Source of the DNA: Negaprion brevirostris
Lineage: Eukaryota
Assembly (NCBI GenBank): GCA_030324005.1
Contig: JARDVH010000099.1
Location: 48,750,903 to 48,814,902, forward strand
Reading direction: 5' to 3'
DNA: 64,000 bases
Shown here: piece after piece, positions 12,601 through 24,380 of the stretch
Numbering within the stretch: position 1 is the first letter of the stretch
Layout of the letters: every line of letters begins with the position of its first letter
Made by a program: the position numbers and the translations under genes
Notes under the pieces: generated by a model
What the model saw: only the letters and a program-made list of their open reading frames with translations
What the model was told of the DNA's origin: nothing
Database searches by the model: none

Positions 12601-13889
12601 TATGTGCAACTTTTGTGCAGAATTGTCTGCCTGTTAACATTCTTGTGTTTTGAATGGAGCTGCTCCTCCTTAGGGCAGAAAGCTGCAGGCAGTTTGGCAC
12701 AGAATTCCAATAAATTACATGCAGTTTGCTTGTTAGCATTGAAAGGAAGGCAAGTGAGCACTTGAACATGTGCTGATGGGGAGGGGGAGTGGTGGATCAA
12801 TGATGGGACAGGGGAGAGAGAGAGGGAGGTGTCAAACAGCCATCGGAATCTGGAGAAGATGGGGGCCTGGGGTGGTTCCCAGGAGAGTCTGGGGTGAGGG
12901 TGAGGGGGAATCACCTTGCCTGATATCTGTAGTTTGGAGGGTGGATCTTTTTGTTTGAGATAGGTTTGGGGAAAGGGGNNNNNNNNNNNNNNNNNNNNNN
13001 NNNNNNNNNNNNNNNNNNNNNNNNNNNNNNNNNNNNNNNNNNNNNNNNNNNNNNNNNNNNNNNNNNNNNNNNNNNNNNCCTCATAAACACCCTAATCAGG
13101 ACATCCCCACCACCAAATTCAACCTTCTGTATTAATTATGCATGAAATATTTTCCCCTTTCAAGAATCACCAATCAATTCACCAAACAATCACTAGCAAA
13201 ATGATGCATGAAGTAGAATTTCTTCGGCCTGAGTGCATGATATTGTTCAATATGATTATTTTATACAAGGGGTGTAAACGGATTCTATCTTATCAGTAAT
13301 CTTACTGATAGAAAGATCAAATGATTCAAGAACAACAAAAGGGTATGGTTGAACAACATGTGTCTTCACTGTCAGTGAGAAGCATGAAGCCCTTGGATGT
13401 CTCTGTTTTAAGAGGCCAGTGGCAAAGACTAAATGGCTTACAGTTATATATGCGTTTTCTTGATTAGCAAGTCTGAATATTCTGCTGATTGTTGCTTCTC
13501 ACTACAATATAATTTCAATGTTATGCAACACAACTTTATTACAACATTTCAATACCTCAAAAACTCACTGAAGCACTAAGCTAGAGTGGGATAATTAAAG
13601 TCAGTGGAGAAGACTCTGGAGAATCATGCCCAATGTAAAACAGGTTACCCATTCATTATGAGCCCATTACACATTCCTATCTTGGTAAGTTCACCCAGTA
13701 AAGCCTGCTCTCAGTAAACTTCCATGAGAAACAAAACAAACTGAACTCCAGCAATGATTCCATCTTCTGTTCACAAGTTAATTATGGATGACAAAGGTCA
13801 TCTAGCCCTGCTTGTCTCAGCTATCCAGAATGACATGTGAACACACAGGAGTAAGCCATTCGACCCCTCAGCCTTCTCTGCAATTTGAT

Positions 13890-13985
13890 AACATTGCCTA
13901 CATTATACCAGTGACTTCAACACAAAAGTATTGAGTGATCTGGAATACTGTGAAAGGTGCTGTATAAATGTAGGTTATGTCTTTC
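13890..13985 (+). mobile_element. Deu-domain SINE / L2-type 3' tail fragment
   Basis: cctacattataccagtgact...tgtgaaaggtgctgtataaatgtagg matches the recalled AmnSINE/SacSINE 3' end. Confidence 0.45.
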
Positions 13986-15532
13986 TCTCATTACACCTGC
14001 ATGCAATAGACAGTGTGTCTGTAGCAATGATGAAATTGGAGGCCTAATGTTGATTTTGTAAGGATAATTACTCACAGAGAAATCAACTGATGTTGGGTGA
14101 TCACTACATTTACAAAACAAACTCTGTATCTAATACAACCTTATCATTCTGATTTCTCTGGCACCAGCCAACAACATACCACAAATGGCATCTGCCCCTT
14201 TTACACTAATGAATTTTACCCCAGGATTTGTCAATATGACAAGTTCCAGCAGGTCAAGAAAATGTAAACTGAATTGTTGATCTAAACTTTTCAGAAAAGA
14301 ATGATACATGGTACAAAATTCAATGTGGCTTTAACTCAAAACTTGGTTGTTTCCCCTTCCCCCAGGAGCTGCCAGAAAAATTGTACAGTACACTGCGAAT
14401 TTAAAGCCTATGATAGAGAAACTTTCTTTAAGCAATCTCCTCATAACAAATAGAGACTCCATTCTCAGACTTTGCAAGGTTGATAAAATGGGCAATAGTG
14501 AGTCAACAACCTGTTTTGCATCACTCCTGGTATTTAGATTCCCACATTCATTTAAATCAGGCTCAGGATTCTCAAGATTCTGCCACATCGACACAGCATG
14601 TCATCAGAATTATGCCCACCTACTTGAACACATCATGAAAATTTAGATAGCTATTTACATGTTGGTTTAAATTCAAAAGAGAATTTTGGGAAGAATACAG
14701 AAATTCATTTAGGGGATCTAAATGTCTCAATCCTGAACCACCCTAACCTCCAACACTAACCCCCTTATCTGCTTCTCAATCTTACAACCTGCAGTACCAC
14801 CTCACCACTCCACAACCCTCACTTATTCCCCCACCCTCCTTACCCCTCCCATCCCCACTCCTCCTCATCCCCTCATTTCTCATCGTCACAACCCCCTCCC
14901 CACCCCTACCCCCACCACAGCATCCAATTAGCTCTAGAATATGACAACAACTGCAAATAGGAATTTCTTCTGACTTTTCAGTAGTTTTGTGGCTTTCTGG
15001 TAGGCTTTGTAAAAGAAAAACTGGAAACAGCAGTGCAGTGCAGTAACTCAGCAAAACAAACCTGACACTAAGGAAAAATGGAACTATCAGGCTCACAGGG
15101 TCTGCTTTCTGGTTGCTCAGTCTGGATGGTGAGAAATCTGTTTTCAACACTGAAGGATTCTCTAGCCCCTGATGCTTGGCATCATTTGCACCCCTCTTTC
15201 CTGGGACTTGCTGCTAACGAGACTTCTGATGGAGCAGGTTTTAGAAAGCAGAGTGTGAGATTAGGTTGATTACCAATTAGGACGTAAGTGAACATGGCAT
15301 TGCATTCATCTTTCTCAGCCTGCTTAGGTCATAAGTCTGCTTTCAGCATTGAATTCATGAACATGGCACCAGGCTCCTGCTGCATATCCTGTGGGCAAAC
15401 TCCAGGCACATCTTCCAAAAGTAAAGAACTANNNNNNNNNNNNNNNNNNNNNNNNNNNNNNNNNNNNNNNNNNNNNNNNNNNNNNNNNNNNNNNNNNNNN
15501 NNNNNNNNNNNNNNNNNNNNNNNNNNNNNNNC

Positions 15533-15650
15533 TAAGGATACTAGAAATCTGAAATAAAAACAGAAACTGTTGGAAATACTCATGGATTTGGCAACACCAA
15601 TGGAAAGAGAAAAGAGTTAATGTTTCAGGTTGTGGCCTTTCATCAGAAGA
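15533..15650 (-). mobile_element. Penelope-like element tail with minimal hammerhead core
   Basis: Minus strand CTGATGA-A-AGG(ccacaa)CCT-GAAAC followed by the tail ...tttccaacagtttctgtttttatttcagattt. Confidence 0.65.
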
Positions 15651-15719
15651 TTTGGATTATTAATTGAAAGCAAGCATAGATTTGTTAAAAGCGTGTTCTG
15701 TTCAATGAATTGAAAGAGT

Positions 15720-16630
15720 TCTTTGGGGCAGTGTCCTAGCTTGAACAATTCTCAGCTGCTTCATCAATGACCTTCAATCCATCATAAGGTCAGAAGTGGG
15801 ATGTTTGCTGATGATTGCACCAATCACGAGTCCTCAGCTACTACAGCAATCTGTGTCTATATCCAGCAAGACCTGGAGAGTGTTCAGGCTTGGGTGGATA
15901 AGTGGCAAGTAACATTCATGCCACACAAATGCCAGGCAATGACCATCTCCAACAAGAGAGAATCTAACTATGTCCCTTTGACATCCAATGACATTACCGT
16001 TACTGAATCTGCATTATCACCATTGGCGAGAAACTGAAGTGAACCAGCCATATAAATACTGTGATTACATGAGCAGGCTGAAAATTCCACAGCAGGAAAA
16101 CCTGAAACCTGTCCATCATCTACGAGGCACAAGTCAGGTGTGTAGTAGAATACTCTCTACTTGGCTGAATGAATGGCAGTTCCAATAGTACTCAAGAAGT
16201 TNNNNNNNNNNNNNNNNNNNNNNNNNNNATGACTGGCACCTACTCACCAACCTAAACGTTTACTCTCTCCACCATCGATGCACAGTAGCAGCATTGTGTG
16301 TCATCTACAAGATGCACTGCAGCAACTCACCAATCTTCCTTTGGCGACACTTTGCAAACCCGTGACCTCTACCACCTAGGGCAGCAGAGGGATGGGAACA
16401 CACCATCTGCAGGTTCTTCTCCAAATCAGATACCATCCTAACAAGGAGCTATGTTGCCATTTGTTCATGTTGTTGGATCAAAATCCTTACTAACAGCACA
16501 GTGGGTGTACCAAAATCTCATGGATTGGAGCAGTTCAAGAAGGTGGCTCACTATCACCTTTTCAAAAGCAACTAGAGATGGGCAATAAATACTGGCCTTG
16601 CCAGTGATTACCATATCCTGTGAAATAATA
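15720..16630 (+). mobile_element. CR1-clade LINE 3' half
   Basis: FSCFINDL...[16 protein letters not shown]-like and WxDKWQVTFxPxKCQ motifs; tail gggcaataaatactggccttgccag. Confidence 0.85.
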
Positions 16631-16639
16631 AACAAAGAA

Positions 16640-18540
16640 CTTAACTGAGTTCTTTAATGATGTAATGGAGGAAGTTGATGAGGGTAATATGGTTGATTTT
16701 GTATGCATAGATGTTCAAAAAGTACTATATACCAGACTTGTTAGCAAAGCTGATGCCAACGGATTAAAAAGACAATGGCTATGAGGATACACAATTGATT
16801 AAGGGACAGATGATAAAGTCGTTAATTAGTTGTTCTTCAGAATTAAAAGAAATATGCAAAGGTATCTTCCAAGAGTGTGTTTTTAGGAACTTTGCTTTTC
16901 TTGACATCTACCAATGATCTGGACTTGAGTCTAAAGGGCATAATTTCAAAGTCCGCAGTTGCCACAAAACATTGAAATGTAGGATAGTAAAGACATTAGT
17001 ATGGCATAGAATGGCTAGTAAAATGGACAGATACAAGACAATTGAAATTAAGGACAAATAAGGGAATGCATGATAAACTAAGTAGTACAATTTGAAGTGA
17101 GTACCGGAACAGAGAGGCATGGGGTAGATATGCACAAATCTTCAAAAGTGGCTGGATAAGTTGATGATAATTATAAAAACAGATATATATATATAGGATC
17201 ATTAACTGTATAAATAGGATACCAAAGCAAGGAAACTATGATAAAACTGATTAGGTCCCTATTAAGAGTATTGAGGTCAATTCTGGGTACGACACTTTCA
17301 GGATTTGTTGAGGGAGGGTGCAGAAGAGGTTTACTAAAATGTTGTAAGATTCAAATACTCCAGTTATGCTGAGAGGCCAGAGAAACTGAGATTCTTTTTG
17401 GAACAGGAAGGTTTAGGGGAAGAATTGACAGAGATATTCTAAATCATGGAATTGGTGAGAGGAGAGAGAGAGAGAGAAAATCAGAGATGAAGGGTCACCT
17501 GGACTCGAAACATTGGTTCTATTCTCTCTCCATAGATGCTATCAGTCCTGCTGAGACTTTCCAGCATTTTCTGTTTTTGTATTCTAAATCATGAATGGTT
17601 TTGATTTGTTAGATAAGGAGAAAATATTTTCTATTGTGAAGATGTCAGTAACAGGGTAGGGCAGGTGGGGAGGCAGAGGTTTCAGATAATTGGCAAAATA
17701 ACCAGAGAGGCAACATAGTGAAATAATGTTTTGCACTGTAAGTTGCTATCCGATAGAATGCTCTGTCTATGTGGGTGGGGGAACAGATACAACAAGTTTC
17801 AAGAAGCAGTTAGAAAAATACTTTGATGAGAAATTAAAAGGACTATGGGAGAAGTGCAGGGGAGTGCGACTAATTGTATAGCTCCCTTAAAGAGCCTACA
17901 ATGGGCCCAATTTCCTTCGTCATGATTAAGAAGTTAAATGGCATTTTGGCCTTCATTCAAGAGAATATCAGTACAAGAATAAAGAAGTCTTTTGACAATT
18001 GCACAGCGTTTTGGTGAGTCCTGGAGAACTGAGCACAGTTTTTGGTTGCCTTATCTAAAGAAGGATATGTTTGCCTTGGGGGCAAAGTGGTGAAGGTTCA
18101 CTAGATTGACTGTTCTATGATAGCAGGTTGTGTAAAAGGGGCATATATTATCTGTAGTTTAGAAGAATGAAAGGTGATTGCATTAAAATACATAGGATTC
18201 TGGGGACTTGACAGAGTAGTCATTGAAGGGCTGTTTTCTCTGACTGGATAGTCTAGTGAGGGGTATAATCTCAGGATAAGTGATTGACCATTTAAGACTC
18301 AAGTGAGAAAAAACACGTTCACTCAGAAGGTTGTGAATCTTTGGAATTCTCTACTCCGGGGGCTGCAGGTGCTCAGTCATTTTGGATATTCAAGGCAGTG
18401 ATGGATTGATTTTTGAATCAAGGGATACAGGGATTGGGGAGTAAAGTGGAATTGAAGGTGAAGATCAGCCATGAATTTTTTGAGTATCGGAGCAGGCTCT
18501 AAGAGCAACATGGACTACCACTGCTACTATGTCCTGTGTA
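16640..18540 (+). mobile_element. Nested decayed CR1 fragments
   Basis: Repeated RT/C-terminal motifs (VDFVCIDVQK, FTQKVVNLWNSL) and CR1 3' tails near 17900 and 18530. Confidence 0.7.
17483..17582 (+). mobile_element. Penelope-like tail with degenerate hammerhead core
   Basis: (A)GATGAA-GGGTC(acctg)GACTC-GAAAC, then the tail cctgctgagactttccagcattttctgtttttgt. Confidence 0.6.
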
Positions 18541-19737
18541 GGCTCTTTGCATTTATGTAAATAGATCCTGTAAATAAGATAGCATGTGTACACCATATTT
18601 AGTTAAACATAAATTCTACATATAGATGTCATTTGCAGCTTGGTGATAGTTTTCATCACAAACTACTCAACTTGATCAAAATAAAAATCTATTATACTAT
18701 TATACAGTAAATGATTAACTTTAATAGGAAACTGGAGTTGCTGCCAGGCAGCATATTGGCCATCCATTTTACACATTTCAACAGAAAGGGAAACCAGGCG
18801 AGGTATAAATCAAGACATCAGAGTCACAACTGTTTGCTTTCCACCTGACAGGAACAGTCTAAATTAACCCCACTATTTGGTCCATAAATGACTTTCAGGA
18901 ATCTTGAAATTAACAACACATGGATACCAGAAAACAATATCAGAAAAATTGTTCTTTCAAACATTGTTCACAAGGAAAGATTGCAAGCTGGAGTTTCTCA
19001 TTGTCAAGAATAATAAATTCTACCAATGGAGGTGGATAATTTGTTGTGTGTTATTTTAATGTGTCATTGTCACCTTCCCATTGGAAAATTCCAGAGGATG
19101 AATCAAAGTGATCACACATTACTGTAATTTTCCTACTAATTCTATTGACTGGTACATGTCTGCACTATTTGAAGCAAACCAGCTTTTTTGTCTCTCTTTA
19201 TACTGACTTACCACTCCAAATAATAGTAACATGGCCAAGTAATAACTCTTCATGTGAGTCAAAACATTCATGGGGAAAAATTGAATTTTAAGCTGGGAAA
19301 TGGCACTAGAATCACAATGCAGGGTGCAGGGATATCCTGCACACACTTGTAGCAATTCAGGCAGTGGCAAACAATGTGATGCCTGTTAATTAAAATTATA
19401 GTAATGTGCAGTCCAGTGTTAAGCACACTGCATTTCTCAGCAGGGGGCCCAAGTTTGTAAGACATTTGCACCAGACAAAAGCTGGCCTACACTACATGCA
19501 GCTAGCCTGCATCCGGTAGAGACTATTACATCCTGATTACGTGGACAGGATAACTGAATTCTAGAGGTTCATGAAGGTTTAGGCTGCTGCTATCACACTT
19601 CAGGAGAGTTAACAGTGGCTTCTTGCGGCACTAACCTCATGTTCTCTCTCAGGATGACAGTGATTGAGCTTCCCCTGTGTCCTTATTGTTTCCGGTCAGC
19701 CATCCTGGTCTGATGTGGCCTGTGTCAAGATGGTACA

Positions 19738-19824
19738 AGCAAAATAGTGTGGATGCTGGAATCTGAAACAAAAACAGAAAATGCTAGAAACCTGCTGAGA
19801 TTTTCCAGCACTTTCTGTTTTTGT
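19738..19824. mobile_element. Inverted (fold-back) Penelope-like tail pair flanked by a direct duplication
   Basis: acaaaaacagaaaatgctagaaa ... ttttccagcactttctgtttttgt; flanks tgtgtcaagatggtaca (19721) and tgtgccacgatggtaca (19822). Confidence 0.6.
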
Positions 19825-20249
19825 GCCACGATGGTACAGCTGGGCCTTCTGAAATTAACAAATTTCAATCAGCCACATTGCAACCACTGATGTAGCAGTG
19901 CGTTGGATCATGAAGCAAGCAAGAAACAACTGGAATAAAGATACAAAGGAAATCACAAGGATGACAAGTTGTATTTTGTTTAGGATACTGGACAATAGAT
20001 TGGATCAAGTTGATTTGGAATGGTTTTTTTATGATGGTTTATATTCAACATTGTCTCAAATAGATGCTGTGACAGCACATCTTCCTTTGCGGTGGGTTTT
20101 ATGGCCTTGCTCGAACGAGTTCGTAAAATCCTGCCTGAGGTCAATGGAGATTTCCGTTCTGGGAACCTCGCCAGCCCCAATTCCGGGGCAAGCATGGTGG
20201 TAGGTTTTCAGCCCATATCCCTGGTGACAAGGGCTGTGCCCTCATGTTG

Positions 20250-20700
20250 GCCATATTGTGGAGTTGACCATGATGAATTAGAACATACTTTTGATGACAG
20301 GACTCTCCCAGAGCAATATAAGCAGCCAAAACATTGCTTGTGCACCCCAAAAGTCTTCACTATGCTGTTTAAGTGGCAACGTGGTTTTCTTTTTACTGTT
20401 TTAGTGTGGTTGGTTTGCAGAAGGATCCCGACATGAAGAAATTCAGGGCCGTTGACAGCACTATCATTGCCCTGCTGTGAGGTTACAGGTGTGGTTGAAG
20501 TGGTAGCACAGTTCTGCAGGCTATCCTTCGTAAAATACATACAACTCACACACTACTCCTGGCTTGGGTTTAGGTATGAGAATTGCTCTCAGAAGACTTT
20601 AGATGGAGAAAGCCTCCTGTTGAGAGTCCTTCTCTTCAACCTCTCTTTGCAAGAATCTGCTCATCTTCTTCGCTGTTTCTGCTTCCTCCCTCTCATGCTG
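20250..20700 (-). pseudogene. Internally deleted Harbinger nuclease relic
   Basis: Minus strand EQFSYLNPSQE*CVSCMYFTKD (N-terminal SYL..SEEQC.RRLRF.KE motif) is followed closely by SIVKTFGVHKQCFGCLYCSG (C-terminal IERTFG.LK.RFRCL..SG motif). Confidence 0.55.
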
Positions 20701-21371
20701 TAGTCCAAGAGGAATGATTGTGGGTCCAAAATCCCTTTTCAACATGTTAACACCACTCACATTGAATTAAGCAACTGTAACCAACAGTACAAACCACCCT
20801 TTTGCAGACTCACCATCAGCCACCAATCTAAGAATGGTTGATAATCCCTTTACATTGCTATGGTGCGTGATTCTTTGCACTGCTGGGCACATGCATTGTG
20901 TATGTTTATGTGAGGGTGTTAGCTGGAATGGTGAAGTCAAAACTGCAGTGGTGGCCTTTGATCTGTTATACACACAGACTAACATTATGATTTTCCTGTT
21001 CTGCATTCATCTAAAGCCTGTGCTAACATCCTCACTGTGATGGTGTCCAAGGTGCATTGCACTGAAAGTGTCCATAAGTTCAGTAATGCTACTTTGGTAC
21101 AGAAATAGCACCCATCTGCCGAAACCACAGGCACTACAGAGCCCAATTTGTGGCCTGAGTATTGACAAGCTGTTTCAGTATGGCAAATTTTGCAGCTGAT
21201 CCTGATGCTGTTCCTCAGCAGACATCCTCATGCAAATATTTTAAGAGTCATTAAAAAGGATTCAGAATCAGGTTGCCAATTCTCCTCACATTACAATCAC
21301 CTTAACTGTTGGTCCATTAGGGCATATTGTAGTGCACCATGCTATTTGAGCTTACTTAATTCAGCATAAAT

Positions 21372-21409
21372 GAAATGTTAAATTTAGAAACGAAATGTTA
21401 AATTTAGAA
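21372..21409 (+). repeat. Short tandem duplication (20-bp period)
   Basis: gaaatgttaaatttagaa occurs twice. Confidence 0.85.
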
Positions 21410-22939
21410 GTTTCCTGATTTTTATTTATCTATTTCATGTCTACATTTCTATTACTAAGAACTGTGTGCCAGAAAGTAAGTGTCAAGATTGCAAGCAGTA
21501 CCTCTAATGGGTATTTACCTCACAAAACAGGGCTATAAAACAAATGGGGTATAAATGTCAAACCACTGCCCCCCGCAACAGTTCATATTTTCTCCACATT
21601 ATCTGAATTAAAACCAGGTCTGCCACCCCTGTCTGCAGCAAAAATAACTCACATCGTCTTGTGGTTTCCTAACCAGTTATCACTTTCCCATTGTCTTCAT
21701 TCCAACCTACAAGGGCAGTGGCAGTTCAAAGCAATGGTTAACCACCATCCTCTCATGAGGAATTAGGGATAGGCAGTAAGTCCTAGTGTAATCAGTGACA
21801 CCCACATCCCATCAGCAAATAAAGAAAGCACCCTCTTAGTGTGCATTCAGTTGTGTTAAGGTGTGTTGCGTCTTCAGGTTCTCATAGGTTAGAAATAATT
21901 GCAGAAGAGATTGCAGATTCAGGACTATGGTGCAGACCTGGATTTCGCTCCTGACGTGGGCATGCAGAGGCTAGCAATCTCAAAAGGGGTGTGACATGGA
22001 GTTAGGCCGCTATCCCAGAGGCTGATCAGAAGCAGTCACAAGGGCCAAGGCAAGCTGTTTAAAAGACCCAGCTCAGTTCTCATAGATGTCATCCCAGTTG
22101 TTTTGTTACAACTCCCCCACCATTCCCCATGCCCATACATGCCAACTATTTTTTCCCCATCCACTTCCATGGTCCTTTACAATCCCTATACCAGCTTAAT
22201 CAGTATTCATCATGTGCAGACCTCGGAAGCCAGGCTGCAATTAAACACAATAGTCCTAAATATTTATTACACACTTCTCTGGGTAAAAAACCCTAATTCA
22301 TGAAAGTTGATTCAATTCATTTATATCCCCTCAAGTATTTAATCCGGTATAAAAACAAGCATTTGTATTACAACACTCCATTAAAGACAGCTAATTCTTT
22401 AATCATCTATTTGAATTGTCAATAAAACTGTGAATTTACAGCACCTCCTGCCCCCACTGTGATGATGATAGATTGTGGAAAGTGGTAAGCATAATAATGC
22501 TATAATGATAGCAGCTAGGATTATGTAAACAGCTAATGAAACTCTAGAACAATTTTTTTTACTTTCACAGACATATGCAAGAGTTTTTTATTCTTAAAGG
22601 ACAAGGGATTTAAATATCTTGATAGCTTGACATTTCTACATATCTGCCCTTCAAAAAATTTANNNNNNNNNNNNNNNNNNNNNNNNNNNNNNCTCTAAAA
22701 ATTTGCAATTCACACAATGCAGGATAAAATCCTTGCTGTAGCAAAAATGGTAGAGAATTCAAATAACCCTACTGAGTTTGGGTCTCCCTCATGTCCGTCA
22801 TAGTTCCCCCTGCCCACTCCTCTTCTCTGGTGAAGGTGGTTTCTGCTGAATATGAGACCAGAGCCTCTGTAATCTAGGTCCGGATATACCATATAGTATC
22901 CATGACTTAACAAAAATCCAGGTCCAGAAGGAGCTTCTT

Positions 22940-23140
22940 GTTGTGAATTTGTGGAATTCCTCACCTCAGAAGGCTGTGAATGCTCAGTTGATGAGTATAT
23001 TTAAAACAAAGATTAATAGATTTTGCACTCTAATGGATATGGGGTTAACAGAAATGTTCAATCATGAGCTTACTAAATCATAAGGCAGATTTGATGGGCC
23101 ATGTAGCATATTGCTGTTCTTATTCCTTATGTTCTTATGA
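22940..23140 (+). mobile_element. CR1 3' end
   Basis: VVNLWNSSPQKAVNA...IFKTKINRF and a cttatgttcttatg tail. Confidence 0.7.
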
Positions 23141-23199
23141 AACTAAAGATTGGATTTCATTAATTGCAATGATTTAGGTTATTAGGTTGGGTTATCAGA

Positions 23200-24380
23200 G
23201 GAAAAGAAGATAGCAATTTAATCCCTCAACCTGTTCTGCCACCGTTCAATTAGATTTTGAGTGATGTCTACCTGAAATTCATTTATCTACCATTGCTCTA
23301 AATCCTGAATAGCCTTTCCTAACAAAAATGTATCTTGGTTTTGATATTTTCAGTTGACTTAGCCTTGACAGATTTGAGTGAGAGTGTTCCAGGTTTCCAC
23401 AACCAAGCATTAAGAACACGGCAGCATGGTGGCACAGTGGTTAGCACTACTGCCTCACAGTGCTAGGGACCTGGGTTCAATTCTGGCCTTTGGTAACTGT
23501 GTGGAGTTTGCACATCCTCCTCGTGCCTGCTCGGGTTTCTTCCTGGTCCTCTGGTTTTCTCTCACAGTCCAATGGTGTGTGGGTTAGGTTGATTGGCCAT
23601 GGCAAATTACCCCGTAGCATCAAGAATAGCAGAGTAAATATTTGGGGTTAAGGACTGGGTGGAATTGTGGTTGGTGCAGACTTGATGGATCAAATGGCTT
23701 CTTTCTGCACTGAAGAGATTCTATGAAATGCTTCCTGACTTCATCTAGCTCTAATTGGAGTTCTGGACTTTCTCAACAGTGGAAATATTTTCTATTTACC
23801 CTTTCAAATCCTTTAATCACCTTAAACCTCATTCAGATTATCTCTTAATCTTCTATTCTCAGCGGAGTACATGCCAAGTTTATACAACCTGTCCTCATAA
23901 TTTAACTCTTGTCAGCCCAAGTATCATTCTGGTGAATATGTACTGCACTCCTCACACTGTCTTTCCACCCCCTTCATCCTTACTTGTTGCAGAATTGTGT
24001 TGCACTGTACTTCCCTGTTTTGTATGCCCAACATATTATTCCACCTGCCTAGATAATGCAGGGCAACCAGTGCTCTATACAAGCAATGCTCACCCCTTGG
24101 CTATATTATTCTTTAGCTATCCATTGTGGCTTTTTGTAACGTCTGTACATGGACCTCTAAATATTTGTTCCTCCACAGTTCCTGGCTTCTCACTGTTTAA
24201 CTTCCTTGAATCTGAAGAGAATGACCTCACACTTCCCTAGTATATTCCATCTGCCACAGTTTTGTACTCTCACTTAATCTGGCCATATCCCTTTTGCAAC
24301 TTTCTGCTTCCAATCGGTGTTACTTAATGTGCCGCCTAACTTAATGTTATCATCAGACTTGTATAGAGATCTCTTTATTC
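23200..24380 (-). mobile_element. Decayed CR1 3' portion (minus), interrupted by a SINE
   Basis: Reverse CR1 tail near 23230 and RT-region remnants up to ~24370 (reverse DDNIKLGG, FADDTKLGG-like). Confidence 0.6.
23420..23726 (+). mobile_element. HE1-like V-SINE
   Basis: ggcagcatggtggcacagtggttagcactactgcctcacag head, V-domain and gattctatga tail. Confidence 0.88.

Larger units (their letters stand above)
7905..12978. mobile_element. PIF/Harbinger DNA transposon, autonomous-type architecture (right end lost in gap)
   Basis: Left end GGACCCAATTTTACC; DDE nuclease on + and Myb/SANT gene on - in convergent orientation; runs into the N gap at 12979. Confidence 0.88.

Noticed and set aside
14730-14925. 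C-rich tract (G-quadruplex potential on the minus strand)
   Set aside because: Low-complexity sequence without gene context or other support.
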